Source of the DNA: Gonapodya sp. JEL0774
Lineage: Eukaryota
NCBI GenBank assembly: GCA_027604505.1
Contig: JADIIX010000083.1
Coordinates: 1 to 64,000, forward strand
Length of the DNA: 64,000 bases
Direction: 5' to 3'
The position numbers and the translations under genes were made by a program. Positions 40,801 to 52,369 of this stretch are shown here, piece after piece. The notes beneath the pieces are model-generated. The model was not told the DNA's origin. It saw nothing but the letters and a program-made list of their open reading frames with translations, and ran no database searches. Every line of letters starts with the position of its first letter. Within the stretch, counting starts at the first letter, position 1.

Positions 40801-43800
40801 TTTCGTCGATCTCCACAAACTCATCCTCATCCTCCTCGGCACCTCCAACAGCTTCTGCAGCCTCCTTGAGCTTCTGCGCTTCGACGAGACGAGAGTAGGC
40901 ACCCTTTTTGGCTACGAGCTCATTGTGGGATCCGCATTCAACGATCTTCCCGTGACTCATCACAACTAGTATGGACCCCAGAACCGAATCAGTTTGCAGG
41001 TCTTTCAGTTGAGAGAACGATAATGTCCGACTAACCTATCATATCGGCGTTCTTGATCGTGGAAAGACGGCTGTTCAGATGGGATGATGGTTATCTTACT
41101 GGTGCTTTTGCAACGAAGAATCAAGTGATTCTGAAACTCACTGAGCGACAGTGATGGAAGTGCGGTTCTCGCTGGCTTTGTCGATGGCTCTTTGAACAAC
41201 TTTTTCAGATGCAGTGTCTAAAGCCGACGTTGCTTCATCTGAACAGCGGTAAAAATGTGACTTCATGTGGGTTCCGTTCATATCGCGATTATCAACGTAC
41301 CGAAGAGTAAAACTTTGGGCTCGCCAATCACGGCTCTGGCGATCGCAATTCTTTGCTTCTGTCCACCACTGAGCATAGCCTTACGTGCGTAGCACAGTTA
41401 CACAATACTCTGCACAGAATTTTCACACAATTTCGTCGCAATTGGGAACTCACCCCACGTTCTCCGACCATAGTGTCTAGTCCTGCGGGCAAATTCAAAA
41501 CGAATTCTGCATTCGCCATTTTGATCGCCCGCAAAACTTTCTGCTCCAGTTCCGTTGGGTTAAAGTTCTCCAAATTCGGAATACCCATGAGGATGTTCGC
41601 ACGGATGGAGCCATCAAAGAGCGCTGGCTCTTGACCAACGATACCCATTTGCCTCCTCAGCCACGTGACATTGATGGACGTGATATCTTTTCCGTCGAAA
41701 GTCAGTGTTCCTTCCGTCGAGTCATAGAACCGCATCACCAATTTGACAATAGTGGACTTGCCAGAGCCGGATTCACCAACGAGTGCCACCTTTGAGCCAG
41801 CAGGGATGTCAAGTGAGAAGTCGTCAAGAATCATTTGATCAGGTCGGGATCTGTGGTGAACAGCACGCGAGTGTTTTGTACATCAGTTATTTACTCGATA
41901 GAAACATCATCACCATATGCCCCGCGGCCTGGAGCGTGAAATACTCACTTGTAGTAGAATGACACATTTTTAAAGATAATATCGCCCTTGACACCAGCAG
42001 GCTTGTCGCCATCTTCCTTCCAACTGTCAATTGGACTCTTGCGGCTGACGGTTGCCAAACATTGATACAGATAGGAAACCAATGGATTCCGCCGAGAGAT
42101 TAACTCACTCGATAGTGTGCCAAATTTTGTAAGCGGCACCTTGAGCTACGGAAAGCTGAGAGATATCATTTCCTACACTAGAGAGGGCAAATATCGCCAT
42201 AAGCTACGAGCGAGCGATTGATGACGAAAATTAACAGAAAGATAAGTGTGATGAGCAGGAGCCTGTAACTTCAAGGCAAAATGACGAACCATGGCGAAGA
42301 ACACGTTGATGGCTTGACCGCCGGTATACTCTCCATTGTAAACGAGTGTTGCAGCAAAATAATATCCCAAACCTTCAAGAATGCAATATCCTGAGGACAC
42401 TGTCAACTCCGTAAATGTTTGACCGAGATTCACCTTGCATGGAAAACATGAACAAGAACACAGATCCGAGTCCAATGCCCGTGGTAAACGCAACAAAACC
42501 ACCGTATCTCGCCGCTTCTTCGAGCATTTTCTCATATTTTATCCGGGATTTTTCAAACCCGCCGAAAGAGTGAACAGTGCGGATTCCCGAAAAGACTTGC
42601 TGAACAATAGTTGAAGCGTTGGCCAGCCAGGTTTGCTGAAGAGCTACAAAAGTACCGAGGAAGCGACCCATGATTTGAATGGTGATAAGGTTTAAGGGAA
42701 TGAGGGCAGTAAGAACAAGGGCCTGTGTTTGAAAACAGTTGGTTGAGCTGGCGAAACGAATTCACACACAAGAATCTGTGAGATCACCATTTTCCATCCC
42801 CTTATATAAGCGATGATGATCCCCGTGAGGAATTGGCAGAAAGCCTGGAACACGTTCCCGAGCTGTGGTGTGGAGGAAACGAACCAGTAAATCAAGCGCA
42901 AGTAATTGTCAGATGCAGAGCCCCATCACAGCAAACTCAGCTCACCTTTTCTCCCATGCCTCCCTTTACTAAGCCGGTGTCACTCTGCAGTCGACTCGTC
43001 AAATCCCCGGTCATGTTCTCATCAAACCAGCCGACATCCTGCCTTAAAATTGCCTTGAAATACTGTTCGCGAATAGTTTTAAGTTGATTCTCGGCGCTAA
43101 CAGTCAAGGCAGCCGATTGGGCGTATCCTGCGACTGCAGAGATCGCACCGAAGACGCAGTACCAGATAACGGCGTTATTAACCTCGTTGCTGAATGTAAA
43201 GTGATTGTAGACTTGGACACGGACGAGAGCAGAAATGGTTCCTTACCGAAAAGTATCCAGAGCTGCTTGCTGGGCTGGAGTTTTGGGTCCGGTTCCAGAA
43301 GGTAGGATATAGATTGCAGATATAATACTGTTGAGTAAGAGCGAAACCACTTGTAATAGGAAAGGTGATCAAGACGTATTTTGTTTTTCAAATGGACAAG
43401 TAATTCAAATGACAGGCATGTTTAGTAAGATGATGTGGCAGAAAGCAAGTGTGTCAGCCACTTACTGGGCTGCATAGCTCCGCGAACTGCCGACCCAGCG
43501 AGCCCAATCACCAAAAGAAACAAATCAGAACGGGAGGCGAACCGGAAAAGTTGAGAGACTGTGATTTTGGGACTACGAGGAGGAATGGAACGAGGGAACG
43601 AAGGTCAGCAACGAGTTCATTCGAAAACGGTTCTGGGCCCTGCCCATTCATCACATAAGAAGCGGTTCAGCAATAATATGGCGTGCCAGAAGAGGTCGAG
43701 TCCTCTTGCGTAAGATTGTAGACCAAGTTGTATATCTCACCCTTCAGGTCGCCCGCCCCTCCCCCCTTTCCCAGCCTTAACAGGAGGCTTCGTGGACGGA

Positions 43801-44033
43801 GCTTCCGCGTGTTCTGTTTTGGGTGTGTCTAGGAGCTTCTTAGCTGGATTTGCTTCCGATGTCGATGGGGTGGTGACGGCCGCAATCTTGACCGCCTCCG
43901 TCGAGTCACCATTAACGGGATGGATTTTATTTGACGAGTGATTCAAAGCACCGTTGGATGGTGAAGACGGAGCATTGGTATCCGGGGAGGGCACTGCGAT
44001 GACAGCTTCTGGTGGCGGGGTTGAGTCTGTCAT
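37869..44033 (-). CDS. ABCB/MDR (P-glycoprotein-type) full-length ABC transporter, many introns
   Basis: Two TMD-NBD halves: [17 protein letters not shown]...VGQEPALF...[37 protein letters not shown]...[38 protein letters not shown]. Confidence 0.95.
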
Positions 44034-44754
44034 AGACACAAAGGAACGGCGGAGGAGGGAGAGGACTGATTGGCGAAAAGAAGCGTGATTGATTCGATTT
44101 TGACGCGTCCGATGTGAGGTGGACTGGGAGTGGAGACCGAGGGTGCTGAAACGAGAGAACCTGTCTTAAAGGGAGAGTCGGTTCATTTACTTTTTTCCGC
44201 AGTTGTTTCCTTATCTGCGCCACCTCATCTCGCGTGGACTCGCAACACCCTCCCCCCCTCCATCACCCGATCGGCCCTTCCAGCAAGCCATAGACCAGAA
44301 CAATTGAATACGGTAGATAAGAGTATCAATTCTACCACATAGATGTCACTGGTTCTCTCGCTTTGAACCTTGTTAAATTGAATCATACTGGTAATGCTCC
44401 ATCGTCTGTATCCATTACGGCTCTAGGATCATTTGCGTGGTGTTTGTGACGTGATCAGAGTCCAGCAGGACCGTCTGGTTGTGATGTCAAATTTTCTCTT
44501 TATTTTTGATTGTGGCGGGAGCAAGGTCTTGGCACTGCCCTTGCACCGAAGCTTCAAACCAACCCAGAGGATCATGCACCCCAACATCACGCTGAATCTC
44601 ATCTGTGTATAGAGAGGGTGAGAGGGTGAGAAAAGGGGATCGGGCCGACAGGAAACACACCTTGCTGGTGCACGGGGCCCGTCCTAAGTCACCCCCCGTT
44701 CTTCGATCCAATTTATTTGCATGAGGATAGGAGGTGCAAAACACCAGAAAACCA

Positions 44755-45984
44755 CTAGGACACAAACTCGACAGGATCTTTATCCACTTTACTAATAACC
44801 ACATTCACTTCCCCTGCGTCGTCATCTTTAAGCACATCCAGCAGAGCAACTTTTAGCACGTTGAGGTAGTCCCTTTCTGACCCCGAATGTTCACACATAA
44901 GCACTGCGCATCCACTTTCCTGTGCTGCCAACAGGTCGTGGTGACTCATTTCGCCGGTGAGCATCAGATCGACCTTGTCAGCAACTGGGAGGAGGGACGC
45001 TCCAGATCCTGCGCAAATCGCGACGGAGCTGATCAGGCGCGCTGGTCCAAACGGTCGTGCTAGCCTCATATGTGGCAGAGAAAGGCGGGATTTGATGACT
45101 TGAACGATGTCAGAGAGGGATTGTGGTGGCGCAAGTGTCAGCATGCGGCCCGAACCAGCAGCGCTGGGCAGTGAAACAAAGTTGACATGGGATGTAGGGC
45201 GGGGTGGCGGGAGGCTGAGTGCCAGCGAAGAGGAGATGGGAGTTATGGGGTGCACGGCTTTCACATTTGGGGCGAACAGCGAGGCAAGGTGGTCATTTAC
45301 TTCCAAAGGGGATCACTTATTAGTTCCAGAGAGGGAAGTTATGGAGAAAAGACAAATGAACTGACTTCCTCCAATCGCAGAGTCCAAAGCTGTGTGAGGG
45401 GAGAAGATCGAAATCCTGAGTAGGAATACTCTTTGATTTGGAAAAGTAGTGATGTTGAGTATACCCGGGAGACATACCCAGACGCAGCACATTTGAGGGC
45501 AATTCGTTGCTTCGGGTCCTAGTATTTTGGAACATATCATCTGTGCGAACAGAGTTTCAGAGTCGACAACCCATTTCTTACATTCAACTTCCATTGCTTG
45601 GCGGCTTTAAATAGCACGGGATGATACGCTACAATGACCCCAACTGGAGGACGAATAGCGAGAGCTTCTTCCAAAACCGGACTTGTGAGATCAATTGTGA
45701 GGAATATGCTGTTGAGTTTGTAAGCAGGAATAGGGCGAGCAAGAGACAGATTGATAGTGACTCGAGCTCTGCCAGTTGAACTCTAGACGATCAGCATTAC
45801 CTCGTCGCTTCTGCGTTCGGAAACGGGGCTTCCAATAGCTGTGATGTGCAAACTGATCACCTGATGATATTCTATTGAACGTGAAAAGAACTCCACCTAC
45901 AATTCCCACATTGTCCCACGACTCGGCCAGAGAAAGGGGCGCAATTCGATCCAGTGCCCTCACTGTGCGTTTGAGAAGGGCCAT
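44755..45984 (-). CDS. NIF3: NIF3 (NGG1-interacting factor 3 / DUF34) family protein, multi-exon
   Basis: IAPLSLAESWDNVG, TIDLT...VIVAYHPVLF, SPHTALDSAIGG|VNDHLA, VAICAGSGASL, LTGEMSHHDLL and CEHSGSERDYL. Confidence 0.93.
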
Positions 45985-46152
45985 TCTCGAGTGAATTTTT
46001 GCAGACAGAGGTGATGTTCTCTGTCATCATTTGCCTCGGCCCCCCACCCAAACCGACAACCTCAGACCACCTATGCATGTATTCCGGAGAATTACATAAG
46101 ACCCCACAGAGGGTGAATTTAATTGATTCGATCCGTACCCCCCTTCATCATT

Positions 46153-49056
46153 TTAAAGCCGGGGTTTTGCAACTTCCAGCGCCCATTCTTTTTTGGCGCG
46201 GTCCCTCAAGAATCGCCTGAGCAGCTTCCCACTAGGACTTTTGGGGACGGAGTCGACAAACACGATACCGCCAGCGAGCTGCTTGTGACGTGCTGAGATG
46301 AAAGAACCCTATAAGAGCCCACTTCAACTGAGATGAAAACGCTCGCTACCCACCAAGTCTGCTCGCGAAAAACTTATTGATAGATTCTTTGATTTCCTCG
46401 TGGTCTTGGTTTTCGTGTGACTAGCAATCAAATGTCAGCAGGCTGGAAGGGTGAAATATGCTGTTCATTCGAGCTCACCGGCTTCAGCACAACATACGCT
46501 CGAGGCAGCTCGCCTGACCGCTCATCCTATTGAGTAAAGACATGAGTTGCGTTCGAGCCATAAACACAAGATAACTCAACACACCGGCACTTGTACCACA
46601 CATGCATCACCAACAGCGGGGTGCTCCATCAATAGAGCCTCAAGCTCTGCAGGAGCAACCTGAAGCCCCTTAACCTTGATGAGTTCCTTGATCCTGTCGC
46701 GAATGTAGAAGTGACTGCCGGGCACAACTGCATTCTTCAGAAGCCTCTTGATAGCAGTATAGGGGACAGAGCTCACCCATCCTTGTCAACCACTCCGATA
46801 TCACCTTGAAGGAGATAGTACAGACAGATCAACTGGAGTTCGTAGATAGCATTTCGAATCAAGGCAACAAATACCAGTGAGTAGCCATCCATTTTTGTAA
46901 GTGTCCTCTGTCGCCTTCTTGTTGTTCAGATACCCAAGTGTAATCTGAGAAATCAAATATTCCAATGACTTTAGCACGGTGAAAGCACGGGTTTGCTGTA
47001 CACGTCAACGCACGTTCGGCCCGCGTACCCATATTTCGCCCTCCTTGTCCACACCGACCTCCTCTTGCGTATCGGGATCAACAAGTTTAATCTCCAGGCT
47101 AGGAAGGATTTCACCTATAGATCCAACACGAACGTCATTTACGGGAGTGGCGGTTACCGCTGTGGACGTTTCGGTCACTAAAATGTTTGACCGCGAACCA
47201 GTAAGAACTTTTGTGGATATCGAACGGTAGATCTGTAGCTCTCACTTCCCCAACCCTGTTGTACGATGACGTTCTTGAACCCTTTACGCCTTTTCAGCTG
47301 GTTAACGGTTTCCCATGGCAGTGGAGCAGCTCCAGAGAACACAATATTTACTGAGCTTGTGTCGAATTGATCAACAACAGGGTGCTGTGCGAGGACTGTG
47401 AACCGACAGAAAGATCAGTTGTGTCTCAGGAATCGACGAACTGAACATGCTCACAAAGAATGATGGGTGGTACCAAGTAGAGAAGGGAAACCTTGTACCT
47501 GGATAGTTGTTGGTGATGGTCACGACTCCTTGGGTGCCAAAGTGCACTTATCGTCTCGGTACACTCACTTCTGAATACAGGACAAAAACACAGGTGGGTC
47601 AAACTTGGGTATCACCACAGTGATGCTACCGCGGAACGCTGCGATGTGAACCAATAGAATGAGTCCGTAGATGCTGTTCAAAGAGGAACAACTTGAGAAA
47701 CACGTTTTAGTAGCATAAGCCATCAAAAAACCACTGACTGGTAGAAGGGAAGAACCGCGAGCAGAATTTCCTCCTGTGTGGCCGCTGCGAGTCGCTTAGC
47801 CTCGAAACTATTCATCTGACAAACGTTCGCGATGACATTGCGGTGAGATATCATGACACCTTTGGACCGGCCAGTGGTACCGGAGCTAAGGAAGTATGTT
47901 CGAGATTTAGACGTTTCATACAACGCAGATGGTTCTCAATACTCACCTGTAACATAAGAACGCAATCCTCTCTTTGGCCTCCTTCCCAAGCCTGAAGTTC
48001 CTCAGAACTAGTTCACCTCGCTTCCTCTTGCTACCCCATTCCTTAATGAGTTCTTTGATTGTGGGAAAGCCTCTTTGCGAGGGATCCTGCTCGTTTCTTG
48101 AGAAAAGAAGAATCTTCTCTGTGGGTATCCCAACAGAACGAGCGGCCTCAAGAGCGGTTGGTAGAACCGAGTGATGAGTCAACAGGACTTGAGCTTTGGA
48201 GTCTTGTAGCTGATGAACGAGCTCTTCCGCAGTGTCTGAAGTGACGCCAGGTGAATACAATAAGAGGATTCGACTCGAATAGTAAGAAACCCACACACGT
48301 GGTTTGCAGTCGTCGCGATTCCGCCAATGCGTAAAGCTCCCCAAAGAGCGATTGAATAGTAGGCTTTAGCCCAAAAGCAATCCCAGTTAGATTTTTGACC
48401 GCCACTTTGGCGTGCCAACAAACATACCGTCGTTGGGCGAGAAAACTGCGAGCACGCCCTGCTCTTTCAAGCCGTACCTGTACGCCATTGTGACAAGTTG
48501 AGTTAAAATTCATCGAAACAATGTTGGGAGGGGGGAAGAAGGGAGAGGAAGCATGCACTGACTTTCCTTGAAGGACCGCGGCAAAGTCTTCACAGAGGGA
48601 CTGCAGGCTGTCGTATCCAATTGTCTCGCCCGTGATTCCGTCGATCAAGGCAGTCTTCCCCGCTTTGGACTTTGGAGCAGAGCCAACCAGTCGAGAAAAC
48701 AGAGATGGGGGGGGCGGGAACATAAAGTTGAAGATCTGTCGGCATGGAATTTGAAAGAATTAGCTATGCTGTTGAATTGAAATGCGAAATAGGACGAACC
48801 CTCCCCCACAAGTGTTGGCGGTTTGGAGAGAATCGTTTGGAATGAAACAACAAACGTTTCAATGCAGATTGCTATCACTGATCCCCGCGGTCCGTCTCGC
48901 ACAAGTCCGATTGGAGCGATCGGAAGTCCAGAGTACCGGCCAAGGGAACTGTGAAAGATTTTTGTGTCGTGGGTGACATTTGACCCATCACGTCCTGCTA
49001 CTCACATCAACATCGGGGATCGCAACATCTGGATACTTGCTCTTGAAAGATGGCAT
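46153..49056 (-). CDS. 4-coumarate:CoA ligase-like acyl-CoA synthetase (AMP-binding), probably peroxisomal
   Basis: [70 protein letters not shown] and [11 protein letters not shown]. The C-terminus ...AKPRL* is PTS1-like. Confidence 0.92.
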
Positions 49057-49670
49057 TGTAGTTTCCGGGGAACTCCGCTGAACGGTTGTTATAGTCCTTA
49101 TATGTTGTTGGAATTCACAGGAAAATATACTGTCCGACCAGAATCCCAACCTAATGACGGTTGAACTTGCACCCGACACCTTCGAGAGACCAAAGACAGG
49201 CCCTAGTGCACGGTCCGCGAGCCGCTAAAGTAGAGAGGAGGAGGGAACAGTGGGGAAACGCCACCGGGACGCAGCGCGATGCTGATGGAGGGGGACAAGG
49301 CTGGCTGAAACCGGGCAGCAGGGTCAGGGTAATTAATCCCCGGCCCTCCCGCTGCCATTTTATCGGCATGAGAGAAAAACAAACGACAAATGTAACTAAG
49401 AACAAAGAAAGCCCTTGATGGCACCCAACACAAAGAAGGAAACTAATCAGGGAAAGCCCTGTCTAAGAATAGCCATGCGACACCGTCGCGAACAACTCCC
49501 CCGAACCCCTCACCGCTGACGCCCACACCCCACCCCCACCGTCCCACGCACTCTCCACACAACACCCTCACACATCGCCCCAACCTGCGACCTCGAGCCG
49601 CCCACGCCTGCGCCGCACAGCCCATCGCCCAAAGAAACCAAACAAACGAAAAAACCCTGCACTATCCGCT

Positions 49671-49755
49671 CTGCGACGATAGTGAGGGAGAGGTCAGATC
49701 CACCCCGACTCCCTGATCCAACGGATCCCACCTGCGACGATAGTGAGGGAGAGGT
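49671..49755. repeat. Perfect 24-bp direct repeat upstream of the acyl-CoA ligase
   Basis: CTGCGACGATAGTGAGGGAGAGGT at 49671-49694 and 49732-49755. Confidence 0.9.
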
Positions 49756-49990
49756 GGGGAAGGGGGTCGGTGGTGGGGAGCCTGCACGCGGGTGCACGGG
49801 GCCTCACCGGGTCCGGCCGTGGCTCCTACAAATCATTCAACTTGTTCGATTCGCCGAACACATTTCAACTGAAAACACGAATCAAAATCTCCCCTTACTG
49901 TACAAAATCTATTGCGCAAACCTTTTCTTGTTCGGTAGGCGGTCACCTAGGCCCCTACTCTCGCCTCACCTCGAACACCCCATTTTTTAG

Positions 49991-51465
49991 TTAGTATCGA
50001 GCTGTGTTGTCGCGCTCATCTGCTCCTTTTCCTTTACACTGAGCTAGCTTCCATGGCCAGTGCAGATCGCTCGCTGGCGCGCTTGTGGAAATCAATATGT
50101 TTCGACGCTTCTCCTTCCGACGCTTTCGAGCAAACCATATGCCGATGGTGATGATCATCAGTGCAATTGTGCCAGCAACAATTAGGCCACTGAGAATTGC
50201 GACAATGGGTTGTTTCGAAACAACCGGTGGAGGCAGTGATGACGTCGCGGAAGGTGTGATCGTCGTGGAAGTATTTGAAGAATAAGAATGTGCAGGTGCG
50301 GGTGTAATAACATCTAAGGATTCTTTATATGTGGTGGTCGTGAGCGGACCTGCGCCAGTGCTGAGGGCATCCGGAACCGAGAGACACAACGGAGATGATG
50401 AGCTGGAAGTCCGAATATCCGGAGTCTGTTGTGCTATGGCATTGGCTGATGCTTTTGTGACTGGCACACCACAACTTGATGCCGTGCTTAATGTGACTGC
50501 GAAACTGGGAAGGTTGAACGTCAGGTACACCAACTGATCCCATGTAATCTCTTCCGAAAAACACCTCACTATCCTCTCACATAGAAGTTGGAGATAAGAT
50601 TTTTCTGCTCACTTGGAACCGTCGAGTCCCAGAATGACCATTTAGGCAAGAGGAACACATTAAACAGTGGCATACTGACCAACAAGTAGCCCCACCTCAC
50701 CCGACAGATGATGATAGAGAAGAAGAAGAAACTCCCAACAATCCAGAACAGTGAACTCCACTGGGAAGAGTAGATTCGTTCCAGAGGCCGTATCCCTCTT
50801 GTTGCGGTCCCAGAACGCATTCTGTATCGTCACCGACAAAGGCCAGACGCCCATCCACAGATCCAGTAAGTAGATTATAGGAAACATCGAAGCTGAGAAG
50901 TTTTGCGCTCTTTGCTAAGTATTGATCTGTGAAGCGACTGAAGCGGTTGTGCTGCAAGAAGATCCTCTGAATCGATGGCAGAATACGAATATCAGGGAGG
51001 GCGCCAGTGAGCGAGTTATTAGATAATTGAAGATTTTTGAGTCTCATAATGGGGATTGTGATTACGAACATGGAACGGTAAGTGTCGGTCCAAAATCAAC
51101 AATGAAGCACGGGACACTCACGAAGTCAAATTCGACATATCCGGTAAGGGTCCGACGAGGCTCGCGCTCTTCATGTCGATGTAGGTTATTTTTCCATTCA
51201 CACATCGCGGCTGATCGCAATTACTGGTGGCACTCGTGCATGGGTTTGTGCCGCAACACAGGTCTGAAACGAAGCCTGGCTGAAGGCCCGATTGCTCCAA
51301 CAAAGTACTGATCCATCTGCAATCGGGCGATGCCGACTGTGCGGATGAGTCGTAGAAGTACGAAGAGGCGAGAATCGGTTGGAGCACAAGGAGTGTCAGC
51401 GGTTGGCGCTTCTGATTTAGTCGGTGATGGTTTGTCCGTGACTGAATTTGCAGTCTGCGTTTCAT
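49991..51465 (-). CDS. Leucine-rich-repeat single-pass membrane protein (receptor-like protein architecture)
   Basis: Cys-rich N-cap (CCGTNPC...CVNGKITYIDM), plant-type LRRs (LVGPLPDMSNLTS|LKNLQLSNNSLTGALP, LSFDVSYNLLTGSV), an S/T/P-rich stalk, the TM helix IVAILSGLIVAGTIALMIITIGIWF, and the basic stop-transfer ARKRRKEKRR. Confidence 0.75.
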
Positions 51466-52369
51466 TTTGGAATTTCCTTGAAAGTAAGAACGCCTGTGTT
51501 GGAGTTGGATTTACGGATCGGTGGACGGAAGAGTGCGTGACGCCCATTGTTTGGGAGTCTGCACCGGACAGTTGTACTCGCGGCCAAGTTCTGTATTTGT
51601 CATGCTTCACCCACCCAATCCCCGCCACCGCCCACCATTCATTTCCACAGAAGAACGTGGAGAACATTGTGTGGGTGATGTCATGTTGTGGGGAACATTC
51701 ATGGACGAGAATGAAAATAAAGAGCACCGCGCCACCGGTCCATGCTCCATCCACTACACCAACACTGGATCGTTTCCCACACCATCGCTCCATGTTAGTG
51801 GTCCCATGGTGGCGTTCCACCATGACGAGATAACCTGTTCATCAAGCATCACTGCCCGGACCTACTCCACCATCGACACACAGAGAGTGGAGAACGAGTG
51901 GGGTGGGGTGGCAATGCGTGCCACAATGTGCGGCCTTCTCATGCTCCCTGAGTAATATTGCGATGTTTTCCACCTCCAGTTTTCATAGGAAGGTCGCACG
52001 GAGACGCTCCAAACCAAGATCGCGCGACGCGCTGCTACATACGATTCTTGTCCTTTAGCGCCGACCTGCGCTCCCTACACACCATACATTCCACAAAGAA
52101 GTGCAGGGCACGCGGTGTGGGCTGAGTGATTGGTAGGGAACATTTGATCGGCAACACTCGACACAAAATATTACGTGAGAAACATACGGGTGGAAATGTT
52201 TGTCCGTGACCGGGGCTTTGCCCCTTGTCCACATCAAGGCGTCGTGAGACACTTATTCGGAACATACATATGTGTAAATGCAGCTCGTCGTACACCATAG
52301 ACCCATCCGCGACCCCACTGCCACCACCAAAGAGTCATGAAGCATGCTGTTTGTGAAGCGGCGCGTGAT

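Noticed and set aside
37869..49056. ABCB + NIF3 + acyl-CoA ligase as a secondary-metabolite cluster
   Set aside because: There is no PKS, NRPS or terpene backbone gene, and the neighbours are housekeeping genes. Co-orientation alone is not evidence.
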